Virus record (IMG/VR): IMGVR_UViG_3300020048_000014
Location: 96,001-160,000 of that record
DNA: 64,000 nucleotides
Strand: one strand, 5' to 3'
Source: a virus
Shown: positions 48,378-57,560 of the stretch, in pieces
Layout of the letters: each line of letters starts with the position of its first letter
How positions within the stretch are numbered: the first letter of the stretch is position 1
Notes under the pieces: generated by a model
Seen by the model: only the letters and a program-made list of their open reading frames with translations
What the model was told of the DNA's origin: nothing
The model's database searches: none
Program-made: the position numbers and the translations under genes

Positions 48378-48818
48378 ATGATTAGTTTTAAACAATTTTT
48401 TATGGAGAAACTTATCGTAGGATTAGAAGAAATCATTACGCTGGAGGGTATTGGCCCTATAAAGGCTAAACTTGATTCTGGTAATGGTGCATTTAATGTT
48501 CTACATGGAGAAGATATTAAAACTGATGGAAATATTGTGAGATTTACCACAGAAGGTGGAATTAGTGTCGAAAAAGATATTCAGGATACTATTACAATTA
48601 ATCTAGGTGCGGGAAATAAAGAAGAACGTCCAGTTGTTTTGTTTAATGTAAAATTTGGGAATAAAGTATTTAAAGATATACCTTTTTCCATCGGAAACAG
48701 GTCTGAGAATGCTCATAAGGTTTTGATTGGTAAGAGTTTTATTCTGGATTCCTTGGATGCTCTGATTGATGTGGGTTTAAATAATGTGGCAGAGAAAGGA
48801 ATTGAAGTTAATGTCTAA
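48378..48818 (+). CDS. Retropepsin-like aspartic protease (RimK-associated putative Zn-protease family)
   Basis: IKAKLDSGN...ERPVV...FSIGNRS...VLIG. Confidence 0.8.
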   Translation: MISFKQFFMEKLIVGLEEIITLEGIGPIKAKLDSGNGAFNVLHGEDIKTDGNIVRFTTEGGISVEKDIQDTITINLGAGNKEERPVVLFNVKFGNKVFKDIPFSIGNRSENAHKVLIGKSFILDSLDALIDVGLNNVAEKGIEVNV

Positions 48819-49389
48819 AATTTTACAAAAAGATTTACTATCTGAAGGTTTTTGGTCTACTTTGGGTAAAGGTGCCATGGCAGCTACTAAAGGAATTGCA
48901 AAAACTTTAGATTATGTTGCTCCTGAATTAACCAATCCTATTCACGGATTAGAAAAAGGATTGAGAGATATTGGAAGCTCAATCAAACAAGGATGGCAAG
49001 GTGAACAAGGAACCATTAAAAAGAATTTGGAAGATCAGGGTTATAAAGTCGGTAATATGAAAAAAATTGGCGATAACTGGAATGTGAATGTTCAAGAAAT
49101 AACATATGATAATTCCGGTAATGAAATTTTAGGACCGAATAAGGTTAAAGTTGTCAATCCAGAGAAAACAATAAGAACATCCTCTCAGACACAAAGCCAA
49201 TCTCAATCACAAGCACCTTACCAATATCGTGGCAAATATTACGCTCCTGATTATTCTAAACAAGCGGTTCAACGAGGAAGTGATTGGGAGATACCCGGAT
49301 ATCAAGTCGATGCTAATAATTCCAGAGTAAGTAATAGTCAAAATATTATCATAGTTGACCAGAATGGTATTGTGAAAAATATTCGATAA
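48811..49389 (+). CDS. Hypothetical protein
   Basis: ATG MSKILQKDLLSEGF at 48811. Confidence 0.65.
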   Translation: MSKILQKDLLSEGFWSTLGKGAMAATKGIAKTLDYVAPELTNPIHGLEKGLRDIGSSIKQGWQGEQGTIKKNLEDQGYKVGNMKKIGDNWNVNVQEITYDNSGNEILGPNKVKVVNPEKTIRTSSQTQSQSQSQAPYQYRGKYYAPDYSKQAVQRGSDWEIPGYQVDANNSRVSNSQNIIIVDQNGIVKNIR

Positions 49390-49396
49390 AATAAAA

Positions 49397-50143
49397 ATGG
49401 AAAAGTTTAGATCATTTTTTTACGAAAATTGCCCAGAAGAATACGCTCAATGTGGGAGATTTGGCCATACTACTTGGAAGAGAATGGAAGATGAGAAGAT
49501 TCTAACGGAAGGATTAATTACATCTTATTCATTCGAATCAGTGATGAAAATGCTCCACCAAAAATATAAAGAGTATATCACTTATATGCAAGCCGAACCA
49601 ATCGTCTCAAATAAAGGTTCGGGGAAGGCTTGTGGAATAACCGTGTATTTCAAAATTCAAGAAGCTGGTAGTGATTTATTTGATAGGCTATCGGAAGATT
49701 TGAAATTTTATGGTTATTTTATTGGACTCCAAGAGCCACCTGAAAATAATGAAATCGGATTATTCATAGAACCAAAATTTCCATTCGTGGTAGATATGAA
49801 ATATTTGAAAGGATATGATTTTTATCATGTGACTCACAAAGATTACTGGGAAAAAATTAAAGTGAAGGGGTTGCTGCCGATGGATAGTCAAACACATTAT
49901 TCCCATGATGGTAATAGAATTTATTTTATGGCAACAAAGACTCCGATTGTATCTAAAGCACTTGGACAGACTATCGGAAGGTCTAAGGATTGGAATCATG
50001 ATGATGTTGTTGTATTAAAATTAAAAGTTCTTCCGAAAAATATTAAATTTCACATTGACCCAAATTTTCAGGATACTGATTCATATACTGCATTATTCGC
50101 CTTCACTGCGATATATCCAAAAGATTTAGAAGTAGTTGCTTGA
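49397..50143 (+). CDS. ADP-ribosyltransferase-fold protein
   Basis: FYHVT...KIKVKGLLP...RIYFM...VVVLKL...IDPN...AIYPKDL. Confidence 0.65.
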   Translation: MEKFRSFFYENCPEEYAQCGRFGHTTWKRMEDEKILTEGLITSYSFESVMKMLHQKYKEYITYMQAEPIVSNKGSGKACGITVYFKIQEAGSDLFDRLSEDLKFYGYFIGLQEPPENNEIGLFIEPKFPFVVDMKYLKGYDFYHVTHKDYWEKIKVKGLLPMDSQTHYSHDGNRIYFMATKTPIVSKALGQTIGRSKDWNHDDVVVLKLKVLPKNIKFHIDPNFQDTDSYTALFAFTAIYPKDLEVVA

Positions 50144-50167
50144 CATTCATAATTTATATGTCATCAT
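50140..50167 (+). promoter_or_regulatory. Sigma70-type promoter
   Basis: TTGACA-16 bp-(TGt)CATCAT, 6 nt before ATG 50174. Confidence 0.5.
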
Positions 50168-50173
50168 ATCCGT

Positions 50174-50434
50174 ATGAATATTGACATTCAGGCAGCAGAA
50201 GACGATTTTTTTAAAATGAGCGTTGTTAAATTTGGAGAGCAACACTTAGCATCAAACGGGGAGAATATTGCAATCGCGCCTACCCCAGAAGAGGCAATTG
50301 AGAAGGTTGAAGAACAATCTCAACCACAACCTGTGGAAGTTCAAAGAGGACCAAAAGGAGTGCCTCTAAATAATCATAGCAGTTCAAGTCATCATTGGTT
50401 TGAAGGGACATCATGGTCAACTAACAATCGATAA
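50174..50434 (+). CDS. Hypothetical protein
   Basis: 86-aa ORF. Confidence 0.55.
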   Translation: MNIDIQAAEDDFFKMSVVKFGEQHLASNGENIAIAPTPEEAIEKVEEQSQPQPVEVQRGPKGVPLNNHSSSSHHWFEGTSWSTNNR

Positions 50435-50441
50435 TATTATC

Positions 50442-51167
50442 ATGAACTATCATAGTGTAAATAATAACGAGGAAAAATATACAAAACTTAGAACAATTTG
50501 GGAAAATTCTTGTATTATACCCAAATCAGAATTTGATAAATCTTCTACCAGTGAAGAAATTTCAACTAAATTTCAAAAGGTTATAAAGTATTATTACGGG
50601 GTTGAACATAATGTAGATTTTAATAAAATTACAAAAACTTCTGATGATTTATATCTAGAATATAAATTCCCGATGCCCGAAAATCGAAATCGGGGCATTT
50701 GGGATGATCTTAATGACGTATGGGGTTATAATGTGCTTAATAACATTACCGAACATCCAGCAAGATTAAAATCATATGAAGATTTATATGATTTGAGTGA
50801 TATATATGAGGCGCAACTAAAGGACCAAAGTGATACACAGTGTGATAAAATTTTAGATATCTGTAAAAAATATTTAAAATTTATGACTAAGAAAAAATTG
50901 AAGAAATTATTGAACTTGGATAAAGATGGTAACTTCATTGAAGTAGAACAGATAAATTACAAATTGTCTTTATTAGACAAATTTAATAAGAAAAAATCAT
51001 TAAATATTAAAAAATTTCTTCAAAAAAATGGGAAAACTATTTCCAACTTTAATTACGTGAATAATGAATGGGATTCTAAAAATAAAGAAAATATGATATT
51101 TGGAAAAATGAGCAATGAACTAAAAACCGATATGGCGACCTCCGGGTTTAACGATAAATTAGTATAA
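50442..51167 (+). CDS. Hypothetical protein
   Basis: ATG MNYHSV at 50442, Lys-rich. Confidence 0.65.
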   Translation: MNYHSVNNNEEKYTKLRTIWENSCIIPKSEFDKSSTSEEISTKFQKVIKYYYGVEHNVDFNKITKTSDDLYLEYKFPMPENRNRGIWDDLNDVWGYNVLNNITEHPARLKSYEDLYDLSDIYEAQLKDQSDTQCDKILDICKKYLKFMTKKKLKKLLNLDKDGNFIEVEQINYKLSLLDKFNKKKSLNIKKFLQKNGKTISNFNYVNNEWDSKNKENMIFGKMSNELKTDMATSGFNDKLV

Positions 51168-51168
51168 T

Positions 51169-51975
51169 ATGGTAAAATCAATTAAAATTTTAAACGGATT
51201 TCTCACAGAAATGCCCGGTTTTCATCCCGGTATTCAGTTTGATTTCGAGGCTGATAAAGTAAACTGTTTCTTTGGTCCAAATGCGGCAGGAAAAAGCACT
51301 ATTATGAAAATGATCAAATCTTATTGCGGTATCGAGAAAGGTGGATGGTCTAAAATCAGTTCTGAATTAGCTTTGGGTGCTCAGTGTCAGGCGCACTTTC
51401 CTTGGGTCTATAGAGCCTATTCACCAGCATCTAGTGACTGTGTGGTAGAGTGGGACGGTATTGCATCATTTTATAATGATGGAGATATTAAGATTGATGA
51501 ATGGGCATGGTTTTCCAATAATATTTCATTATCTGAGGATGGGATGACTAGCGAATCTGAACAGTTTCAATATTTGATGGACAAGCCATCATCTGGCCAA
51601 TATCGCATGATAAAGATCAACAAACTTCTCAACATGGCGAAGAATCCACCCGATTTGACAGCGTATGTCTCAGCCCATCCGACACAAAGAGCGGAATCTG
51701 ATTATATCAGAACCTTACCCAGAAATGGTAAACCTACACTTATTTTAGATGAACCAGAACGTGCGTTATCTTTACCAAAGCAAATGGAATTGTTTAAACT
51801 TTTAAACGAATTGACAAGCGAGTATCAAATCATCATTGCAACACATTCACCATTTGTTCTGTTCCAAGAAGACATGAAAATCTTCAATATTGAAGAAGGA
51901 TACTCTGATAAGTGTCTGGATATTTTCAGACAATGTGTGGAAACTAATATAAATAAAGAAAATGAAACATTATAA
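51169..51975 (+). CDS. Stand-alone ABC-type ATPase (AAA_21-like)
   Basis: GPNAAGKST, SSGQ signature, LILDEPE, IATHSP. Confidence 0.88.
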   Translation: MVKSIKILNGFLTEMPGFHPGIQFDFEADKVNCFFGPNAAGKSTIMKMIKSYCGIEKGGWSKISSELALGAQCQAHFPWVYRAYSPASSDCVVEWDGIASFYNDGDIKIDEWAWFSNNISLSEDGMTSESEQFQYLMDKPSSGQYRMIKINKLLNMAKNPPDLTAYVSAHPTQRAESDYIRTLPRNGKPTLILDEPERALSLPKQMELFKLLNELTSEYQIIIATHSPFVLFQEDMKIFNIEEGYSDKCLDIFRQCVETNINKENETL

Positions 51976-52195
51976 AGAACCAGATCAAGTTAGTATGGTT
52001 GGTGGAAGACCCGTATTAAACAGCAGTGATTGTAATATCTCGCTTGGATTTCTAGAAGGTATTCTGAATACCAGAGATGGGAGAGCCTTGGGGGAAATTT
52101 ATGAGAATTTTGTTCGACCCGTTGGCTCTATTGTTTTAGAGGAATCTGATGCTGAAGTTAATGGTATTAGTTTTAAAGTTAAACGTTGGTTATAA
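51962..52195 (+). CDS. Hypothetical protein
   Basis: 77-aa ORF overlapping the ATPase end. Confidence 0.6.
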   Translation: MKHYKEPDQVSMVGGRPVLNSSDCNISLGFLEGILNTRDGRALGEIYENFVRPVGSIVLEESDAEVNGISFKVKRWL

Positions 52196-52275
52196 ACTAT
52201 CTAACCATCGGTTTAAAGGTTATAAAATAATACCGTAAGCTCGCAACAGCACAGCTTATAAAAAACTTCTTGCAT

Positions 52276-52309
52276 AAAAAACCCTCTCAGTAATTTGAGA
52301 GGGTTTTTT
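52276..52309. terminator. Bidirectional intrinsic terminator
   Basis: aaaaaaccctctca-gtaatt-tgagagggtttttt between convergent genes. Confidence 0.9.
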
Positions 52310-52324
52310 GTAACTTATTGAATA

Positions 52325-53065
52325 TCAAACACTGAGCACCTGAGTAATATGTTTTAAGATGGCAGATCGAGAGATATCATGTATATCAAATTTCATACAG
52401 TGTATGTTATTCTTTCTAGAGAACTCCGTATCGAATAATTCAAATACATTCATGAATCCCGAATCTCGAATATCGGACTGTTTGGCATCACCACAAATAA
52501 TATATTTCGATCCTCTACCAAATCTGGTCATAATAGTGGTTAACTCGCTCCTAGTAGCGTTCTGAGCTTCATCAATGATAACTACTGCATTATTGAATGT
52601 AAGACCTCTCACGAAGTTTACAGGCATCGCTTTAACATACTCCTGTTCGAACAGCGCATTTACTGTTGTTTTATCTGTAATTTCCGATATTTTTTCGAAT
52701 AACGGTAAGGTATACGCTGCGAATTTTTCATTCTCATCACCCTTAAGATATCCAAGAGATTTTGATGCACTTTCTACCACTGTTCTAATATAGATAATTT
52801 TATCAACTTTTCTATCACGAAGCATTTCCATCGCAGAATAAACTGAAATATAACTCTTCATAGATCCAGCAGGACCATCTAGAAATACCATATTAGTTTT
52901 ATCATTTTGTGTCAGATAATAGAACGACGTATGATTATCTGTGAATGGGAATGGTTTTTTAATTTGTATATTAGAACAGTCGAAGTTCTTTTTATATTGT
53001 TTAGTGAACTCATCCGTAATATCTACCGACTCTTTCCTCTTCCGAGGTACTTTTTTAGGTGTCAT
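52325..53065 (-). CDS. phoH: PhoH-like ATPase
   Basis: GPAGSMKS, YIRTVVE, LGYLKGD...EK, FVRGLTF, IIDEAQN, CGDAKQSD. Confidence 0.92.
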   Translation of the reverse strand: MTPKKVPRKRKESVDITDEFTKQYKKNFDCSNIQIKKPFPFTDNHTSFYYLTQNDKTNMVFLDGPAGSMKSYISVYSAMEMLRDRKVDKIIYIRTVVESASKSLGYLKGDENEKFAAYTLPLFEKISEITDKTTVNALFEQEYVKAMPVNFVRGLTFNNAVVIIDEAQNATRSELTTIMTRFGRGSKYIICGDAKQSDIRDSGFMNVFELFDTEFSRKNNIHCMKFDIHDISRSAILKHITQVLSV

Positions 53066-53104
53066 CCATTAAGTATTTAATATTATAATTTGAATGTCAA
53101 ATAC

Positions 53105-53132
53105 TTGACTTCCGAATTAAATATGCTAAATT
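53105..53132 (+). promoter_or_regulatory. Sigma70-type promoter heading the kinase-glycosyltransferase operon
   Basis: TTGACT-16 bp-(TGc)TAAATT, 6 nt before ATG 53139. Confidence 0.6.
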
Positions 53133-53138
53133 ATTGAC

Positions 53139-53870
53139 ATGCGAGCGTCAATATCGGGCTGTACAAACAGTGGGAAATCAACATTGGTTCAGTCTTTTCT
53201 TCAAAAATGGCCAATGTATCAAACACCCTCTAAAACATATCGTGATGTGATCCTAGAATCAGGTTTAGGCCATAGCACCAATACATCTGCTGAAACTCAA
53301 CTTCTCATTTTAGACTGGATGATGAAAGAACAAGAGAAATTTGGTCCGAAGAGTAATGTGATGTATGACCGTTGCCCACTAGACAATCTAGTATACACTC
53401 TCTATGCTAACTCAAAAGAATTAATTTCTGATGAAGTATGTGCAGCAACTATCTCTTTGGTCAGAGAGTCTCTAAAAGATTTAGATATTATTTTCATGCT
53501 CCGATATGAACCCGGAATTAAAATTGTGAATGACGGTATGCGAGATACTGATTTGGATTTTATTAAAGAAACCGATCAAATTTTTGGAGACTTATATCAT
53601 CAGTATTGTGAAAATCTTGAATCGGATATTTTCTTTCCTGCTGAAGATTGCCCTGCCATTATTCAAGTTGATGGTAAAACTATTGATGATCGGCTATGGT
53701 TCATTGGTGAATTTATCGATTATAAGGGTAACTTAATCGAGACTACCGATAGCATATTAGACCCAACTAATGTTGATCTTCTTGAGAAGATGCTGGGAGA
53801 GCAACAAATCGAACTAGGTAAAGATGCTCAAATCAAAACATTAATGAATCAAATTAAAAAAGGACGATGA
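53139..53870 (+). CDS. P-loop kinase (dNMP/NadR-AAA_28-like)
   Basis: ISGCTNSGKST, YDRCPLDNLVY. Confidence 0.8.
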   Translation: MRASISGCTNSGKSTLVQSFLQKWPMYQTPSKTYRDVILESGLGHSTNTSAETQLLILDWMMKEQEKFGPKSNVMYDRCPLDNLVYTLYANSKELISDEVCAATISLVRESLKDLDIIFMLRYEPGIKIVNDGMRDTDLDFIKETDQIFGDLYHQYCENLESDIFFPAEDCPAIIQVDGKTIDDRLWFIGEFIDYKGNLIETTDSILDPTNVDLLEKMLGEQQIELGKDAQIKTLMNQIKKGR

Positions 53871-54670
53871 GAGAGAAAATAGGAATAGGAATTGTTACTT
53901 GCCGACGACCGGAAATGTTGACAAAATTACTTGAATCTATCAAGTATCGGAATGACTGTGAATTGGTCATTATTAATGATGGGGAACCTCTAGAAGTAGA
54001 GGGTTATAATTTCTATGTTAGAAACAATATTGAAAATCTTGGAGTTGCAAAATCTAAAAACTTAGCTTTAAAACATCTTTCAAATAAAAATTGTGAGCAT
54101 ATATTCTTAATAGAAGACGACATGTTAATCAAGGATGATACTATCTTTGAAAGATATATCAAAGCATCAAAAGCTACTGGTATTCAACATCTAATGTTTG
54201 GATATCATGGTCCAGCTAATAAGAACGGTATTTCCAAAGGAAAGCCATGCCCAAGACTTATTGTCAATTATTCTGATGATGTATCAATTGCATTGAACCA
54301 GCATTGTGTTGGGGCATTCTGCTATTATTCCAGAAAGTCTTTAGAGGAGTGTGGATTGATTGATGAAAAATTCAAGAACGCATTTGATCACGTATCCCAT
54401 AGTTACGAATTAGCTCTCAAAGGTTTCTCTACTCCTTACTGGTGGTGGGCAGATTTAACTAATTCGTGTGATTACATTGAAGAACAAGCATGTTCTGAAG
54501 AATCATCAACTATAAAAACACCTGAGAAGATGTTGCAGTGGAGGACCAATATTGAAGAGTCTATGAAATATTTTAAAGAAAAGTTTGGGTATATGCCATT
54601 TGGTAACGATAGAGTTCCTGATAAATCAGAACAGGAAGTTAGCAGCTTCTTAAAATTTATAAAACCATGA
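53867..54670 (+). CDS. Glycosyltransferase family 2
   Basis: IGIVTCRRP, IINDG, GVAKSKN, FLIEDD. Confidence 0.88.
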   Translation: MREKIGIGIVTCRRPEMLTKLLESIKYRNDCELVIINDGEPLEVEGYNFYVRNNIENLGVAKSKNLALKHLSNKNCEHIFLIEDDMLIKDDTIFERYIKASKATGIQHLMFGYHGPANKNGISKGKPCPRLIVNYSDDVSIALNQHCVGAFCYYSRKSLEECGLIDEKFKNAFDHVSHSYELALKGFSTPYWWWADLTNSCDYIEEQACSEESSTIKTPEKMLQWRTNIEESMKYFKEKFGYMPFGNDRVPDKSEQEVSSFLKFIKP

Positions 54671-55323
54671 AAATTTTAATAAAATTCCCTACCAGAGATC
54701 GGCCAGAAAAATTTTTAAATACTTTAAATAGGTATTATGAAATGTCAGCGAACATTGATAATTTAAATTTTTTAATATCGTGTGATATAGACGATGATAC
54801 TATGAATAATAGTAGAATGTTAGATATACTCAAATCATATAAAAATTTAACAGTAGATTTTAGATCGAATAAGAATAAAATAGAAGCTGTCAATTCAGGT
54901 ATATCCGAGTATACCTCATCATACGATATAATTTTATTAGCTTCTGATGATATGATTCCCGTAGAAGTTGGGTATGATAATATTATTATAAAAGTTATGG
55001 AGAGGTATTTTCCCGATGGTGATGGCGTTTTATGGTTTAACGACGGTTTACAGGGAATGAAATTAAATACCTTATGTATTTTGGGAAAAAAATACTATGA
55101 CAGGTTCGGATATATATATTATCCCGAATATAAGTCACTTTACTGTGATAACGAATTCACAGAGGTTTCTAAAAATTTAGATAAGGTGGTTTATTGTGAT
55201 AAAGTGCTTATAATGCATAATCATCCGGGACATGTCAATTTATTTGATGACCTATATAGGAAAAATGATTCATATGCTAATGAGGATATGTTATTGTGGA
55301 TTACACGTTCAAAATTGATATGA
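54667..55323 (+). CDS. Glycosyltransferase (GT-A fold)
   Basis: FPTRDRP, SCDIDD, LLASDDM, YCDNE. Confidence 0.8.
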   Translation: MKILIKFPTRDRPEKFLNTLNRYYEMSANIDNLNFLISCDIDDDTMNNSRMLDILKSYKNLTVDFRSNKNKIEAVNSGISEYTSSYDIILLASDDMIPVEVGYDNIIIKVMERYFPDGDGVLWFNDGLQGMKLNTLCILGKKYYDRFGYIYYPEYKSLYCDNEFTEVSKNLDKVVYCDKVLIMHNHPGHVNLFDDLYRKNDSYANEDMLLWITRSKLI

Positions 55324-55973
55324 TAATATATACACACTACAGCGAATCACATTTTGATATGTTTAAGGAATACTTTCTCAAATCACTGAGAGTCCTTTAC
55401 ACCAAGGAGGAACTACCACTAAGAGTAGTGTATCATACTCAAACAACAGAGAATGGTGAGTTTATGAGCAACGGGTGGCTTGAGGCAATGGATATTAAAT
55501 TAGATGTAATATTACAGGCTATAGAAGAAAATTATGGAAAATCATTTATATTTTCTGATTCCGATATTCAATTTTTTCAGCCATTCGTGAGCGATATTGT
55601 AGAAAAATTAAAATCTAATGACATTGCTTGTCAAGAAGATCGCGGAACATTATGTGCTGGATTTTTCGGATGTAATGCCAATCAAAATACTAAAAATTTA
55701 TTTGAGACAATTAAAAAAACATTTAAATCGATGGTCAACGATCAAGTATGTTTAAATTATTATAAAAATTTAGTGACTTATACGTTACTTAATAGAGATC
55801 AATTTTATACTATAGGAAATTCATTTGATAATTCAGATGGAACCAATGTCTGGGATAATATAACTGATATTATCCCACCTAAAAGTATATTGATACATCA
55901 CGCGAACTATGTAATCGGTAGAGAAAATAAATTGAAACTTTTAAAGATGATTAAGGATAATTATGGTAATTGA
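55320..55973 (+). CDS. Nucleotide-diphospho-sugar transferase (PF03407-like)
   Basis: FIFSDSDI, LCAGFF, VNDQVCLN, HHANY. Confidence 0.8.
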   Translation: MIIYTHYSESHFDMFKEYFLKSLRVLYTKEELPLRVVYHTQTTENGEFMSNGWLEAMDIKLDVILQAIEENYGKSFIFSDSDIQFFQPFVSDIVEKLKSNDIACQEDRGTLCAGFFGCNANQNTKNLFETIKKTFKSMVNDQVCLNYYKNLVTYTLLNRDQFYTIGNSFDNSDGTNVWDNITDIIPPKSILIHHANYVIGRENKLKLLKMIKDNYGN

Positions 55974-56826
55974 TTTTTTTAAAGATATATTCCAATACGA
56001 AAAATTCCCTGTAGAATATCGTTGCTTTCAACAGCTAGAGAATGTCAGTGACATAAACTATGTCGCTATTCCATGGACCCAGATATTGAATAGTGGATGG
56101 TTAAACTTTCCGGGTAGGCGCAATAGGAATGAGTATCTGAAAGAATTGGCATCCTATAAAATAAATCAATATAATAATTTCACTGTATGTCAGCACGATG
56201 ATTATATGCAATTAATAGAATTTTATAGGCATTTACATATCACAACAGTATTTTCTCCATTACATAATAGATACAATAATATTGAAGGTATTGATATTAT
56301 TCCTATATCATTTACAAATAGCTTCACATTTGAAGAGAAGATTAAAGATATAGATTTTTCATTTGTTGGTGCCTATGTTACTCATCCTATACGTAGATAT
56401 ATGAAAGAGTATATAAATGGGGACAATATAATTTATAGAAACGATTATCATGTAGGAGGAGATATCTCTATAAGTAAACCAATAGAAGAATCTGAGTATA
56501 AAAATATTTTAGAGCGAAGCAAGTTTTCAATTTGTCCAAGGGGGTCATCTCCATCATCTGTCAGATTTTGGGAAAGTATAGCTGCCGGGGCGATACCTAT
56601 ACTAGTTTCAGATGATTGGGTGCTACCTGAGTGGGATTGGGATAATACCATTTTAAAAATTTCAGAGGATCAATTTACGAGTTATGGTTATGATGATATT
56701 TCACATCTCGTAGATCGGGTGTTGAATGATTGTGATAGATATAATAGATTGCAAACCAACTGCAAACTCGCCGCTAATAAATTCAAATCCGACAATTTCA
56801 AGGATTATATATTAAAAAATTTATGA
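55963..56826 (+). CDS. Exostosin-family glycosyltransferase (GT47-like)
   Basis: YKNILERSKFSICPRG...SVRFWESIAAGAIPILVSDDWVLP. Confidence 0.85.
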   Translation: MVIDFFKDIFQYEKFPVEYRCFQQLENVSDINYVAIPWTQILNSGWLNFPGRRNRNEYLKELASYKINQYNNFTVCQHDDYMQLIEFYRHLHITTVFSPLHNRYNNIEGIDIIPISFTNSFTFEEKIKDIDFSFVGAYVTHPIRRYMKEYINGDNIIYRNDYHVGGDISISKPIEESEYKNILERSKFSICPRGSSPSSVRFWESIAAGAIPILVSDDWVLPEWDWDNTILKISEDQFTSYGYDDISHLVDRVLNDCDRYNRLQTNCKLAANKFKSDNFKDYILKNL

Positions 56827-57560
56827 TATTTGCCCACAACATGCCCGGTATAGGACTGGGTAATAAAATGTTTATTAATGCGTTTTGTTACATTATATCT
56901 TTACAAAAAAGTGAAGAGTTTACTACTATACCAATAGAATATTTTCAAAATACTTTAATCAATACACAATACAGACAGTTAAAAAATCCATTGTATACTA
57001 GTTCATTTGGATATCAATATGTCGATATGGAAAAGGTTTTAAACCACTCCGGGGATATTGTTGTGGATTCATACGTTCAAAGATATCAATATTATGATAA
57101 TTATCGGGATGATTTGAAAAGATTTTATGTAGAATCTCAAATACCCTCCACAGGATCTATTGACACTACTCTACATATACGAAATGGTGATTATAAGACC
57201 CTCGATTGGTATCTTGGTTTGGATTCATATTATAAAATATTATCAGAAATAAATTTTAATAGTTTGGACATAGTGGCAAATCATATAGATGATGATGTCA
57301 TGAAATTAAGTGATAAATACAATGCAAATGTATATAATTCAAGCACCATTGAAGATTTTATATTTTTATCAAATTCTAAAAATATAATACTCTCACAATC
57401 AACATATGCATGGTGGGCAGCTTTTTTGGGGAGTCCAGAAAATGTTTATATACCCGTTTCCAGAAAACATATATCTAAAGGTATATGGCTGGATAAGCCG
57501 AGTATTGATGATATTGATTTAGTTGGAGGATTTAAAGAATTTACTAATATTATTTTATGA
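56823..57560 (+). CDS. GT11-like (alpha-1,2-fucosyltransferase-like) glycosyltransferase
   Basis: GLGNKMF, LHIRNGDY, ILSQSTYAWWAAFLG. Confidence 0.8.
   Translation: MIFAHNMPGIGLGNKMFINAFCYIISLQKSEEFTTIPIEYFQNTLINTQYRQLKNPLYTSSFGYQYVDMEKVLNHSGDIVVDSYVQRYQYYDNYRDDLKRFYVESQIPSTGSIDTTLHIRNGDYKTLDWYLGLDSYYKILSEINFNSLDIVANHIDDDVMKLSDKYNANVYNSSTIEDFIFLSNSKNIILSQSTYAWWAAFLGSPENVYIPVSRKHISKGIWLDKPSIDDIDLVGGFKEFTNIIL

Noticed and set aside
52196-52275. Small RNA or mini-ORF (MQEVFYKLCCCEL...) before the terminator
   Set aside because: Only a 6-bp stem and a 20-codon ORF without a promoter box; not supportable.
52825-52875. PhoH Walker A variant GPAGSMKS as loss of function
   Set aside because: The catalytic Lys-Ser and all other PhoH motifs are intact, so this is insufficient evidence.
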